This document shows, in pieces, positions 18,881 through 26,472 of a stretch of 33,996 nt of DNA; within the stretch, counting starts at the first letter, position 1; every line of letters starts with the position of its first letter. The DNA is taken from positions 1-33,996 of IMG/VR virus record IMGVR_UViG_3300020161_002697; one strand, 5' to 3'. Origin of the DNA: a virus (Duplodnaviria > Caudoviricetes). The notes beneath the pieces are model-generated. The model was given only the letters and a program-made list of their open reading frames with translations, was not told where the DNA came from and ran no database searches. The translations under genes were made by a program, and so were the position numbers.

Positions 18881-21250
18881 ATGGCTATTATTATTAAACC
18901 TCCTGTGAGCGGTGGCGGTGGCGGTGCTGTTGACTCTGTGAATGGGGCGACTGGCGTAGTCGTTTTAACAACCGACAATATCGATGCAGGGTCAAATGCA
19001 GACCGTCAGTATTTTACATCTGCCATTCAAAGCGATATCGACGGCAAGGCGAGCAGTGGTGATCTGTCTGCACTAGATGGCAGACTGACCACAGCCGAGG
19101 GCGAGATCGATACTCTGCAGAGCGATCTATCTACAGCTCAGAGCGATATTTTATCGGTGCAGTCTAAAACGCTTTACTCTCACTCTCACTATGTAAACGA
19201 CGGCGTGAATGACATTCAAGCGGTGCTAGATGATATAGCGGGCGATAGCGGTATCAATGCGATCTATCTGTCAGTGGGATCGTATGGTGGTTCTACCGTC
19301 TCAATCAGCAATCACGCAAATGTAAACATTATCGCCCCAGAGAGTCCAACTGGAGTTCATGGATGCGAGCTCGTGTCTAGAGGGCTGACTATATCAGGGG
19401 CAAGCACAACACGAATCAAAATTGAAAATCTAAATATCGAGGGTGCAGTACTCATCGATGGGACTCAGGGGCGACATTATTTTAAAAATGTCATCTTTGA
19501 TTCCACTGTGACCATTACAAATTCAACAGCAAATTTCATCACTTTTGAGCAATGCTCTTTTGCAGGTGGCATCTCTATTGCGTCAACAGTGACAGCGACC
19601 GTCTATTTTGATAGATGCACTATGGGCAATCAGCTAGTGACATCTCTGCGTGCAGGGGCGGGATCTCCACTGCTAACGATCTTGACTGAGTGCAGTGGCG
19701 TAAACGCATCACAAGTCAACCTAACCTCAAATGTCGTTTTAGTCGGTCGTACAGGCTTTAATGATTTGTCTGTCGTGCAGTATCAAAATAGCGATTCTTA
19801 TGTGTATGATCTAAATAACGGGCTATCTACCTCTTTTAGCGGATCTTATACAGAGCTGAGAAATAAACCAACCATTCCATCAGCATACACAGACGAGCAG
19901 GCAAGAGACGCAGCAGGCACAGCCCTTGCAAATGGCAGTCATACGGGGATCAGCTTTGTAAATAACGATGGGTCAGATACCATCGACGCAACTGTATCGC
20001 TAGCTAGTTTTTCAACAGATAATTTATCTCAAGGCTCGACAAATAAATATTTTAGCGATACTTTGGCGAGAGGTGCATTTACTGCAGGGGCAGGGATTTC
20101 TATCACTACAGGCACGATCGCATCGACTATCACTCAATACACAGACGCTGATGCAGACGCGCGAATTACTGCACAAAAAGGGCAAGCGAATGGAATTTGC
20201 GAGCTCGATGCAAATAGTCTCGTCCCTAGCAATCATCTGCCTCCGCTTGCGATTACCGATGTTCATGTGGTGGCAGATGCTACCGAACGCCTAGCCCTCA
20301 CAGCTCAAGAGGGCGATGTTGCGATTCAAACTGATGATTCTAGCTCTTGGATTTATGACGGTACTACATGGATCGCTTTTGGCGTAAGCGGGGCGGTGGT
20401 ATCTGTCAATGGTCAGACAGGCACTGTCTCGCTCGACACCGATGATGTGAGCGAGGGGGCGACAAATAAGTATTTTAGCGACACGCTCGCAAGGGGCGCA
20501 TTTACTGCAGGAACAGGAATTTCTATCACTACAGGCACGATCGCATCGACTATCACTCAGTATACTGATACGCTCGCAAAAACCGCCTCTGTTGTTGATA
20601 GCATGGCGGGCTCGCAGACCGATCAGGCTCCATCTGTATCATCAGTCAAGGCATACTACACTGCAGGGGCGGGGATCAGCCTTACGGGTGGCACGATTGC
20701 ATCGACTATCACTCAGTACACTGATGAGCTCGCTCAGGACGCCTCAGCATCTCTGCTCACTACGGGCACTCATACAGGCATCAGTTACTCCTATGTGGAC
20801 GGATCAGATAAGATCGATTCTACCGTCTCTCTAGCAGGTTTTAGCATTGACGCCTTGAGCGATGTTGATACAAGCACAACGCCTCCGACTAGCGGTCAAG
20901 CCTTGGCGTGGGATGGGACAAGCAAATGGATTCCTGCATCGATCACAGGTGGCAGTCGCCCATCATATACTACCGTATCTTCATTCCCACTGACTATCTC
21001 TGCTCCTGCTTCTAGCGTGGTAAAAGCAAGATACTATCTCAATAATTCAACAACCGCAGTCACTGTGAATCTGCCCGCTGTTGCCTCATGCGATGGTCTA
21101 GAAATTGTCATCAAGCTTCTTGGCACTGGCACTGCTACCATTGACGCAAACGCAAGCGAGACTATCGACGGGGCATTGACTTTTGCACTCACTCTGCAAA
21201 ACTCATCAATTAACCTGATTGCTACCTCTGCGGGATGGAGGATTGAATAA
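18881..21250 (+). CDS. modular tail fibre / receptor-binding protein
   Basis: 789 aa, Thr/Ser/Ala/Gly-rich. VxSVNGxTGxV repeats, short coiled coil, beta-helix-like stretch, internal repeats, and C-terminal VTVNLPA...ETIDG...GWRIE domain. Confidence 0.8.
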   Translation: MAIIIKPPVSGGGGGAVDSVNGATGVVVLTTDNIDAGSNADRQYFTSAIQSDIDGKASSGDLSALDGRLTTAEGEIDTLQSDLSTAQSDILSVQSKTLYSHSHYVNDGVNDIQAVLDDIAGDSGINAIYLSVGSYGGSTVSISNHANVNIIAPESPTGVHGCELVSRGLTISGASTTRIKIENLNIEGAVLIDGTQGRHYFKNVIFDSTVTITNSTANFITFEQCSFAGGISIASTVTATVYFDRCTMGNQLVTSLRAGAGSPLLTILTECSGVNASQVNLTSNVVLVGRTGFNDLSVVQYQNSDSYVYDLNNGLSTSFSGSYTELRNKPTIPSAYTDEQARDAAGTALANGSHTGISFVNNDGSDTIDATVSLASFSTDNLSQGSTNKYFSDTLARGAFTAGAGISITTGTIASTITQYTDADADARITAQKGQANGICELDANSLVPSNHLPPLAITDVHVVADATERLALTAQEGDVAIQTDDSSSWIYDGTTWIAFGVSGAVVSVNGQTGTVSLDTDDVSEGATNKYFSDTLARGAFTAGTGISITTGTIASTITQYTDTLAKTASVVDSMAGSQTDQAPSVSSVKAYYTAGAGISLTGGTIASTITQYTDELAQDASASLLTTGTHTGISYSYVDGSDKIDSTVSLAGFSIDALSDVDTSTTPPTSGQALAWDGTSKWIPASITGGSRPSYTTVSSFPLTISAPASSVVKARYYLNNSTTAVTVNLPAVASCDGLEIVIKLLGTGTATIDANASETIDGALTFALTLQNSSINLIATSAGWRIE
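20038..20720 (+). repeat. in-frame internal repeats of the tail fibre
   Basis: TNKYFSDTLARGAFTAGxGISITTGTIASTITQYTD occurs twice, with 41 identical nt at 20096-20136 and 20519-20559 (offset 423). A third partial copy lies near 20660-20720. Confidence 0.9.
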
Positions 21251-21633
21251 TGTCCTATAATGTTGGGCGTCAAGTCACGCCCGCTCTAGCGGTCTGTTCA
21301 CTGTCATCATCTGCATCTGGGCTCGCTACTATCACCTATATAAATGGCGATTTTACGCCGTCTATCAGTGGTACTGATTTGACACTAGAGGCGGGGTATG
21401 AGTATTTTTTGATTACATCGCCCGCCACTGTGTCAGCGGTGACAGCTACCTATGAGACGATCATAGATAGTGTATCTCAAGGGGCATATCCTATCAGAAG
21501 CACATCCCTGACAGGAAGCCTTGATGAAAAATTTGATAGCGTTTTAGCATCGAACTCAACGCTGATACAAATCACTGCCAATGCTGCCTTGAGCCCTAAT
21601 TCGAGACTGCAGATATGGAGGATGCCCTTATGA
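21250..21633 (+). CDS. small beta-rich tail fibre-associated protein 1
   Basis: 127 aa, TAATG overlap with the fibre, SD GGAGG. Confidence 0.65.
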   Translation: MSYNVGRQVTPALAVCSLSSSASGLATITYINGDFTPSISGTDLTLEAGYEYFLITSPATVSAVTATYETIIDSVSQGAYPIRSTSLTGSLDEKFDSVLASNSTLIQITANAALSPNSRLQIWRMPL

Positions 21634-22010
21634 GTCATGATCCTAGCCAAGCTCTTGGCACTAGAAGCGTGCAAATAGATGTCAATTCGGCTACCACCTT
21701 GAGCGATGATATCACACAGCACACAGAGACCTTAATCACTGCTAAAAGCGTATATTTCATAGATGTGAGACATATGTACTCGACAAATCTGTCAGGGACA
21801 GGATGTATTGCATATCGAAATTTCAATAGCTTTCTGCCATTCGGCGGGCAATTCAAGGTCAATAATGTATCCTCTGGGAGTACTGCCTGTGATGAGTCGT
21901 ATTGCGGTGTAAATACGAGAAATACGGCACTAACCGTCTTTGTAAATAATATCAATGGGGGGAACATTACCGCCAACAGCTCATTTAAATCGCTTTGGAG
22001 GATACTATAA
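21630..22010 (+). CDS. small beta-rich tail fibre-associated protein 2
   Basis: ATG at 21630 (ATGA overlap, GGAGG upstream); starts MSHDPSQ. The track start at 21615 lies on the SD. Confidence 0.65.
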   Translation: MSHDPSQALGTRSVQIDVNSATTLSDDITQHTETLITAKSVYFIDVRHMYSTNLSGTGCIAYRNFNSFLPFGGQFKVNNVSSGSTACDESYCGVNTRNTALTVFVNNINGGNITANSSFKSLWRIL

Positions 22011-22516
22011 TGTCGTATTTTGGATCAGAAAAGCGACTGCTCATGTCTATCAGCTCGCTATATAGCTCAGTCAGTACGCAGAGCATTGGCATCACAGGCG
22101 TAGCAGTAACCATTTTCAACAATGTCACTCCGACACAGATGGTGTCATCTATCGGATATCCTACGATAAGCGTATCGAGCGGCACTTTTACACTAGAGGC
22201 AGGCTATAAATATTTGATCGACTGCCGATTTAAAGTGAGTGATTCGAGCCCATCGGCGGGCGAATATGTGAGCTACTATATGGCTGATGCTGGATCATCT
22301 CAAATATCATCTACGGGCATCACCAACATAACAACTGACTCGACAGCTGTCTTGAGTCAGGAGAGATGTATAGGATACATCGATGCTACTGCAGGGGCTC
22401 AAACCTTTAAAATTATGATGCAGAAAAACGCAGGATCTGCGGTGACTCTTAACTCAAATATTGACTCAGGGACTACGGGATTTTTATCTTATATCCTAGT
22501 CAAGGCATGGAAATAA
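22010..22516 (+). CDS. small beta-rich tail fibre-associated protein 3
   Basis: ATG at 22010 (TAATG overlap, GGAGG upstream); starts MSYFGSE. SVSSGTFTLEAGYKYLI resembles SISGTDLTLEAGYEYFL of protein 1. Confidence 0.65.
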   Translation: MSYFGSEKRLLMSISSLYSSVSTQSIGITGVAVTIFNNVTPTQMVSSIGYPTISVSSGTFTLEAGYKYLIDCRFKVSDSSPSAGEYVSYYMADAGSSQISSTGITNITTDSTAVLSQERCIGYIDATAGAQTFKIMMQKNAGSAVTLNSNIDSGTTGFLSYILVKAWK

Positions 22517-22517
22517 A

Positions 22518-22895
22518 ATGCAAGTAACAAAAAATTTTAAGCTATCAGAGCTCGAATTTAGCGATCCCGTCCCGCCTGAGCTAGTCGCAAATGCAGTCGA
22601 GCTTTTGCAAAATCTGCAGGTCATCCGAGACCATTTTCAAAAGCCGATTATCATCATCAGCGGATATCGATCACCCGCTAGAAATGAAGCGGTGGGCGGT
22701 GCAAAAAGATCTCAGCACATGGAAGCCAAGGCAGCAGACATCAAGATCGCAGGCGTACCCACAGAAGAGATCTACAATCGAATTGACAAGCTGATGGCAC
22801 AGGGTAAAATCAAGACTGGTGGGCTTGGGCTCTATGTGAGCTCAGGCTTTGTGCATTACGACACTAGAGGCGTGAAAGCGAGGTGGCAGGGATGA
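22518..22895 (+). CDS. endolysin, peptidase M15A (YcbK-like Zn peptidase)
   Basis: NFKLSEL, ISGYRSPARNEAVGGAKRSQHMEAKAADI and GLGLY..GFVHYDTRG carry the His/Asp/His zinc ligands. Confidence 0.9.
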   Translation: MQVTKNFKLSELEFSDPVPPELVANAVELLQNLQVIRDHFQKPIIIISGYRSPARNEAVGGAKRSQHMEAKAADIKIAGVPTEEIYNRIDKLMAQGKIKTGGLGLYVSSGFVHYDTRGVKARWQG

Positions 22896-23146
22896 ACAGC
22901 GACATGATCTCTATATCAGCTATGACTGCAGTAATCACTGCTCTCTATCCGCTGATCAAATTTTTGTCTGCCTATGACAGGCGTATCGCAATCCTAGAAC
23001 AGCAGAATCTTGAGTTTAGCAAAAAGCACGACAAAACCGAGAATGAATTACATGATATACAAAGATCAATGCACAAGATTGTTGTGAGTCTTGAGCGTAT
23101 TGAGACAAATATTGAGCATTTAAAAGATAGAAAATTTGAATCTTAA
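22892..23146 (+). CDS. putative holin-like protein (N-terminal TM plus coiled coil)
   Basis: ATGA overlap with the endolysin; hydrophobic ISISAMTAVITALYPLIKFL then heptads. Confidence 0.55.
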   Translation: MNSDMISISAMTAVITALYPLIKFLSAYDRRIAILEQQNLEFSKKHDKTENELHDIQRSMHKIVVSLERIETNIEHLKDRKFES

Positions 23147-23194
23147 AGGCTTGCGTGTTTAAATGAGCATCCCTCTTTTTCAAGGATGCACGCA

Positions 23195-25123
23195 ATGTCA
23201 CAAAATAAAATCTTAGGTCAAGTGGCGTTTGCCACACAGTACGCAAAAATCAAGGCAGATGGTAGCAGAGAGAGCTACGCCGATGCTATGGGCAGAGTCA
23301 GGGATATGCACATCGAAAAATTCCCACAGCTCGCAAAAAGAATCCATCAGGTTTTCAATGACTTTGTCATGCCTCAAGTCGTATTCCCATCTCAAAGATC
23401 GACTCAGTTTGGAGGTGATGCCATCAAAAGAAATAACATGAGACTGTACAACTGTACGGCGAGCTACTGCGATCGAGTGAGGTTTTTCGCTGAGGGTTTT
23501 TGGCTCTTGATGAGTGGATGTGGCGTAGGTTTTTCTGTGCAAAAACATCACATTGACCGCTTGCCAAGGTTGATCACAGCAGAGCAAAGAGACTCACGAA
23601 TCAATAAAATTCATGTGGTGGCAGATAGTATCGAGGGATGGGCTGATGCTGTCTTGGCTTTAGTGTCTAGCTATATGCCCATGAATGGGGATGAGGCAGG
23701 CTATTGTATCAGCTTTCATTACGATCAGGTACGCCCAGAGGGATCTCCGATCTCTATCGGTGGAGTCGCCCCCGGTCCCCAAGTGCTAAAAACTGCCATC
23801 GATCGAGTCAAGGGCATACTAGATCAGGCGGTCAATGATGGTCAATATAAAATCCGACCTATACAAGCTTTTGATATTTTCATGCACATATCTCACGCAG
23901 CTCTCCTATCGTCTCGCAGAGCAGCAACCATCGCCCTTTTTTCTCCTGATGATGATGAGATGATGAACGCCAAGACGGGCGACTGGTGGATGACTCAGCC
24001 TCAAAGGGCATATGCAAATATCTCTGCTCAAATCGATACAAGTTCACTCACAGAGAAAAAAAATGTATTTGCTCAGATAGTCGATACCGCCCGACAGTAT
24101 GGAGAGCCGGGCTTTTTCTTTGCCCATTCAACCGAATATGCGACAAATCCATGCGGTGAGATCGGTCTCTATCCTCGCATCCTAGAGGCAGATGGTACAT
24201 GGTCGAGTGGATGGGCAGTGTGCAATCTAAATGAAATCGTGATCCCGAATGTTCAAGACAATCATCATTTCATACAGGCTTGCAGTGCTGCTGCATTTTT
24301 AGGCACTCTGCAGGCATCTTATACAGAGACGGGCTATCTTGGCGATGTGTCTAGACGCATCATAGAGCGTGATGCACTAATAGGCGTATCTATGACAGGT
24401 ATCATGCACAATCCCAAGCTGATAGAAAATAAAAATCTTCTGCAGATGGGCGGGCTTATGATCAGGAATGAGAACGAGATCACAGCCAAGGCGATCGGAA
24501 TCAATCAGGCTTTGCGTTGTACGACCATTAAGCCAAGTGGCAACAGCTCAACGGTGGCGGGCTGTTGTGCGGGCATCCATCCATATCATGCCCGATACTA
24601 CATCCGACGCATGAGAATAAATAAAATCAATCCGATATGGGCAGAAATTTTAAGAAAGCTTCCTCAAGTCTGCGATGATAGCGATCCACAGGTGGGGATT
24701 GTGGCTTTTGCCTGTGAAGCTCCTGAGAAAGCGATCTTGAGAAAAGATATTGACGCTATTGAATTTTTAAATAAGGTTAAATTCTTTCAAGACTATTGGG
24801 TGATGGCGGGCAATCGAGAGATCGAATCGCAAAAGGGCTTGACTCACAATGTCTCAAATACCTGCACAGTCAAAGCTGATGAGTGGGATGCAATCAAGGA
24901 TCGTATTTGGGATCTCAGAAAATCTGTTCGAGGCATCAGCCTTTTAAGCGACTACGGCGATACTGTATATAAAAATGCCCCATACGAGACCAGCGACATC
25001 AATGATGAATACTATAAAACTCTGCTAGATGCAGATTGGGCGCTAGTCGATTTTAGCTTGGGCGGATATGTCGAGAGCCCACAGGCTGATCCCGCCTGTG
25101 CAGGTGGCGTCTGCTTGCTATAG
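23195..25123 (+). CDS. nrdJ: class II (adenosylcobalamin-dependent) ribonucleotide reductase, monomeric RTPR type
   Basis: LYNC, GCGVGFS, RRAATIAL, TNPCGEI, CNLNEI, TTIKPSGNSS and C-terminal ACAGGVC redox pair. No beta-subunit gene. SD AAGGA favours ATG 23195 over 23186. Confidence 0.9.
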   Translation: MSQNKILGQVAFATQYAKIKADGSRESYADAMGRVRDMHIEKFPQLAKRIHQVFNDFVMPQVVFPSQRSTQFGGDAIKRNNMRLYNCTASYCDRVRFFAEGFWLLMSGCGVGFSVQKHHIDRLPRLITAEQRDSRINKIHVVADSIEGWADAVLALVSSYMPMNGDEAGYCISFHYDQVRPEGSPISIGGVAPGPQVLKTAIDRVKGILDQAVNDGQYKIRPIQAFDIFMHISHAALLSSRRAATIALFSPDDDEMMNAKTGDWWMTQPQRAYANISAQIDTSSLTEKKNVFAQIVDTARQYGEPGFFFAHSTEYATNPCGEIGLYPRILEADGTWSSGWAVCNLNEIVIPNVQDNHHFIQACSAAAFLGTLQASYTETGYLGDVSRRIIERDALIGVSMTGIMHNPKLIENKNLLQMGGLMIRNENEITAKAIGINQALRCTTIKPSGNSSTVAGCCAGIHPYHARYYIRRMRINKINPIWAEILRKLPQVCDDSDPQVGIVAFACEAPEKAILRKDIDAIEFLNKVKFFQDYWVMAGNREIESQKGLTHNVSNTCTVKADEWDAIKDRIWDLRKSVRGISLLSDYGDTVYKNAPYETSDINDEYYKTLLDADWALVDFSLGGYVESPQADPACAGGVCLL

Positions 25124-26056
25124 GCGAGCTACGCTGACAAGCACGCCTTGAGTTGATGGCTTAATGTGGACTGCATAATAGATTCGCTGTCCGAAAACAT
25201 CGCTATGTGCCTCGATGTTTTGATTTGATATGCTATCAAAAAGACCGACTAGATGAAGATTGCCCATGAAGATGTCCATAGTCTGCCCATTCTTTAGATC
25301 TAGCATCTCATCGTAATGATCCAAGAGATTCGCCGTCAGCTGCTTTGATTGCATCTCGCTCATCTTGTGATTGAATGTAATATTTGATGTATCTGCAGGC
25401 TCTTCTACCTTGACGGGCACAGGTGCGATCTCAGGCTTGGGCTGTGCCTTGGGCTGTGTCTTTGCAGGCAACTTTGCGTCTTTTGCTAGAGCTGTGCCCT
25501 CTGACTCATCGATCAAGGCTAGTCTCTCATGCTCAGGCATATCAAGGCTATCAGCCATCTCCATCACATCATAACCGCTGATCACATCTGCAAATACCTC
25601 ACGAACAGCCATAGATCGACAGCGTGCAAAAAGCATTTGCTGAGGCATCTTCTGCCACTGCTGACTTGATGCGAGTCCCTGCTGCCTTGCCATCTCGATA
25701 GTAAACTTGATAATGTGCTTAATGTCCTTGGGCTGATCATTGCGCTGACACTCGATCACGCACTCGGTGGCGGTGGTAGATACTGTCTTGAAATAGCGAA
25801 CTTTACCAGAGCTCAATACCAAGCCGAATAGGGCGTGGACTTGGAACGCCGGTCTTCCTTTGAGATTGTGCATATTGTCTAGGATCTCTGCCATAGTCCA
25901 ACCATACTTGATCCCATAGCTGAGGTAGGCACTTACGAGGCTTTGAGCTGTCCAGCCGTCACGCGCGAGATATGTTGCAAGCTTGATCATCGACTCCATA
26001 TTGCTGGCGATGAGGTTCATCTCTTGCATTGCGTTTTGAATTTTTGCGAGGCTCAT
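25118..26056 (-). CDS. RecT-like single-strand annealing protein
   Basis: GRPAF, ECVIECQR, FTIEMARQQGL..WQKMPQQMLFARCRSMAVREVFADVISG match the phage RecT-like pattern. SD AAAGGA before ATG 26056. Confidence 0.75.
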   Translation of the reverse strand: MSLAKIQNAMQEMNLIASNMESMIKLATYLARDGWTAQSLVSAYLSYGIKYGWTMAEILDNMHNLKGRPAFQVHALFGLVLSSGKVRYFKTVSTTATECVIECQRNDQPKDIKHIIKFTIEMARQQGLASSQQWQKMPQQMLFARCRSMAVREVFADVISGYDVMEMADSLDMPEHERLALIDESEGTALAKDAKLPAKTQPKAQPKPEIAPVPVKVEEPADTSNITFNHKMSEMQSKQLTANLLDHYDEMLDLKNGQTMDIFMGNLHLVGLFDSISNQNIEAHSDVFGQRIYYAVHIKPSTQGVLVSVARL

Positions 26057-26100
26057 TTTAATGTCCTTTGTTTTTGTCTGTTGCGGTGACTTTGTTTGTA

Positions 26101-26328
26101 TTAGAGGGCGACTACATAGCATTGCATTGCCATTGAGAAAAATTCTGCTTCTGATGCTGTCTCGACTTCTTCATAGCATTCAACATCTAGATCAGCCCAG
26201 AAGCTTGGCTCTTGGCTATAGCATTCGAAAGAGATGAATCCGTCGTCTTGTGTATCGATGTGGCAGAAGCTGACAGAACCGTCTAGGGCGATGAATTCGA
26301 AGGAGGCTGTATGCTTTAGGTTTCTCAT
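26101..26328 (-). CDS. acidic hypothetical protein (75 aa), first gene behind a strong promoter
   Basis: SD AAGGA, ATG 26328, Asp/Glu- and aromatic-rich. Confidence 0.7.
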   Translation of the reverse strand: MRNLKHTASFEFIALDGSVSFCHIDTQDDGFISFECYSQEPSFWADLDVECYEEVETASEAEFFSMAMQCYVVAL

Positions 26329-26347
26329 TTTAAGATCCTTGTTTTTG

Positions 26348-26383
26348 GTTTTGAGTTTTTGAGTTTTTGAGTTTTTGAGTTTT
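26348..26383 (-). repeat. tandem 8-mer (AAAAACTC on the minus strand) in the 5' leader
   Basis: Plus strand reads gttttgagtttttgagtttttgagtttttgagtttt, about four units. Confidence 0.85.
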
Positions 26384-26414
26384 GGGCTTTGGCTTATTGC
26401 CTTGTTGTATGATC

Positions 26415-26443
26415 AATATAAAACATTTTTTTGAATATGTCAA
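26415..26443 (-). promoter_or_regulatory. strong sigma70-type early promoter
   Basis: TTGACA (26443-26438), 17 nt, TATATT (26420-26415), with an A-rich UP-like tract upstream. Confidence 0.8.
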
Positions 26444-26472
26444 ATATTTTTTTTAATTTTCAAATATTTTTT

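Noticed and set aside
20038-20720. Tail-fibre repeats as a DGR template/variable pair
   Set aside because: Both copies are in frame within one gene, differences are mostly synonymous and not adenine-specific, and no reverse transcriptase is in the window.
23147-23195. Cobalamin riboswitch upstream of B12-dependent nrdJ
   Set aside because: The gap is under 50 nt and shows no B12-box; only a simple bulged hairpin is supported.
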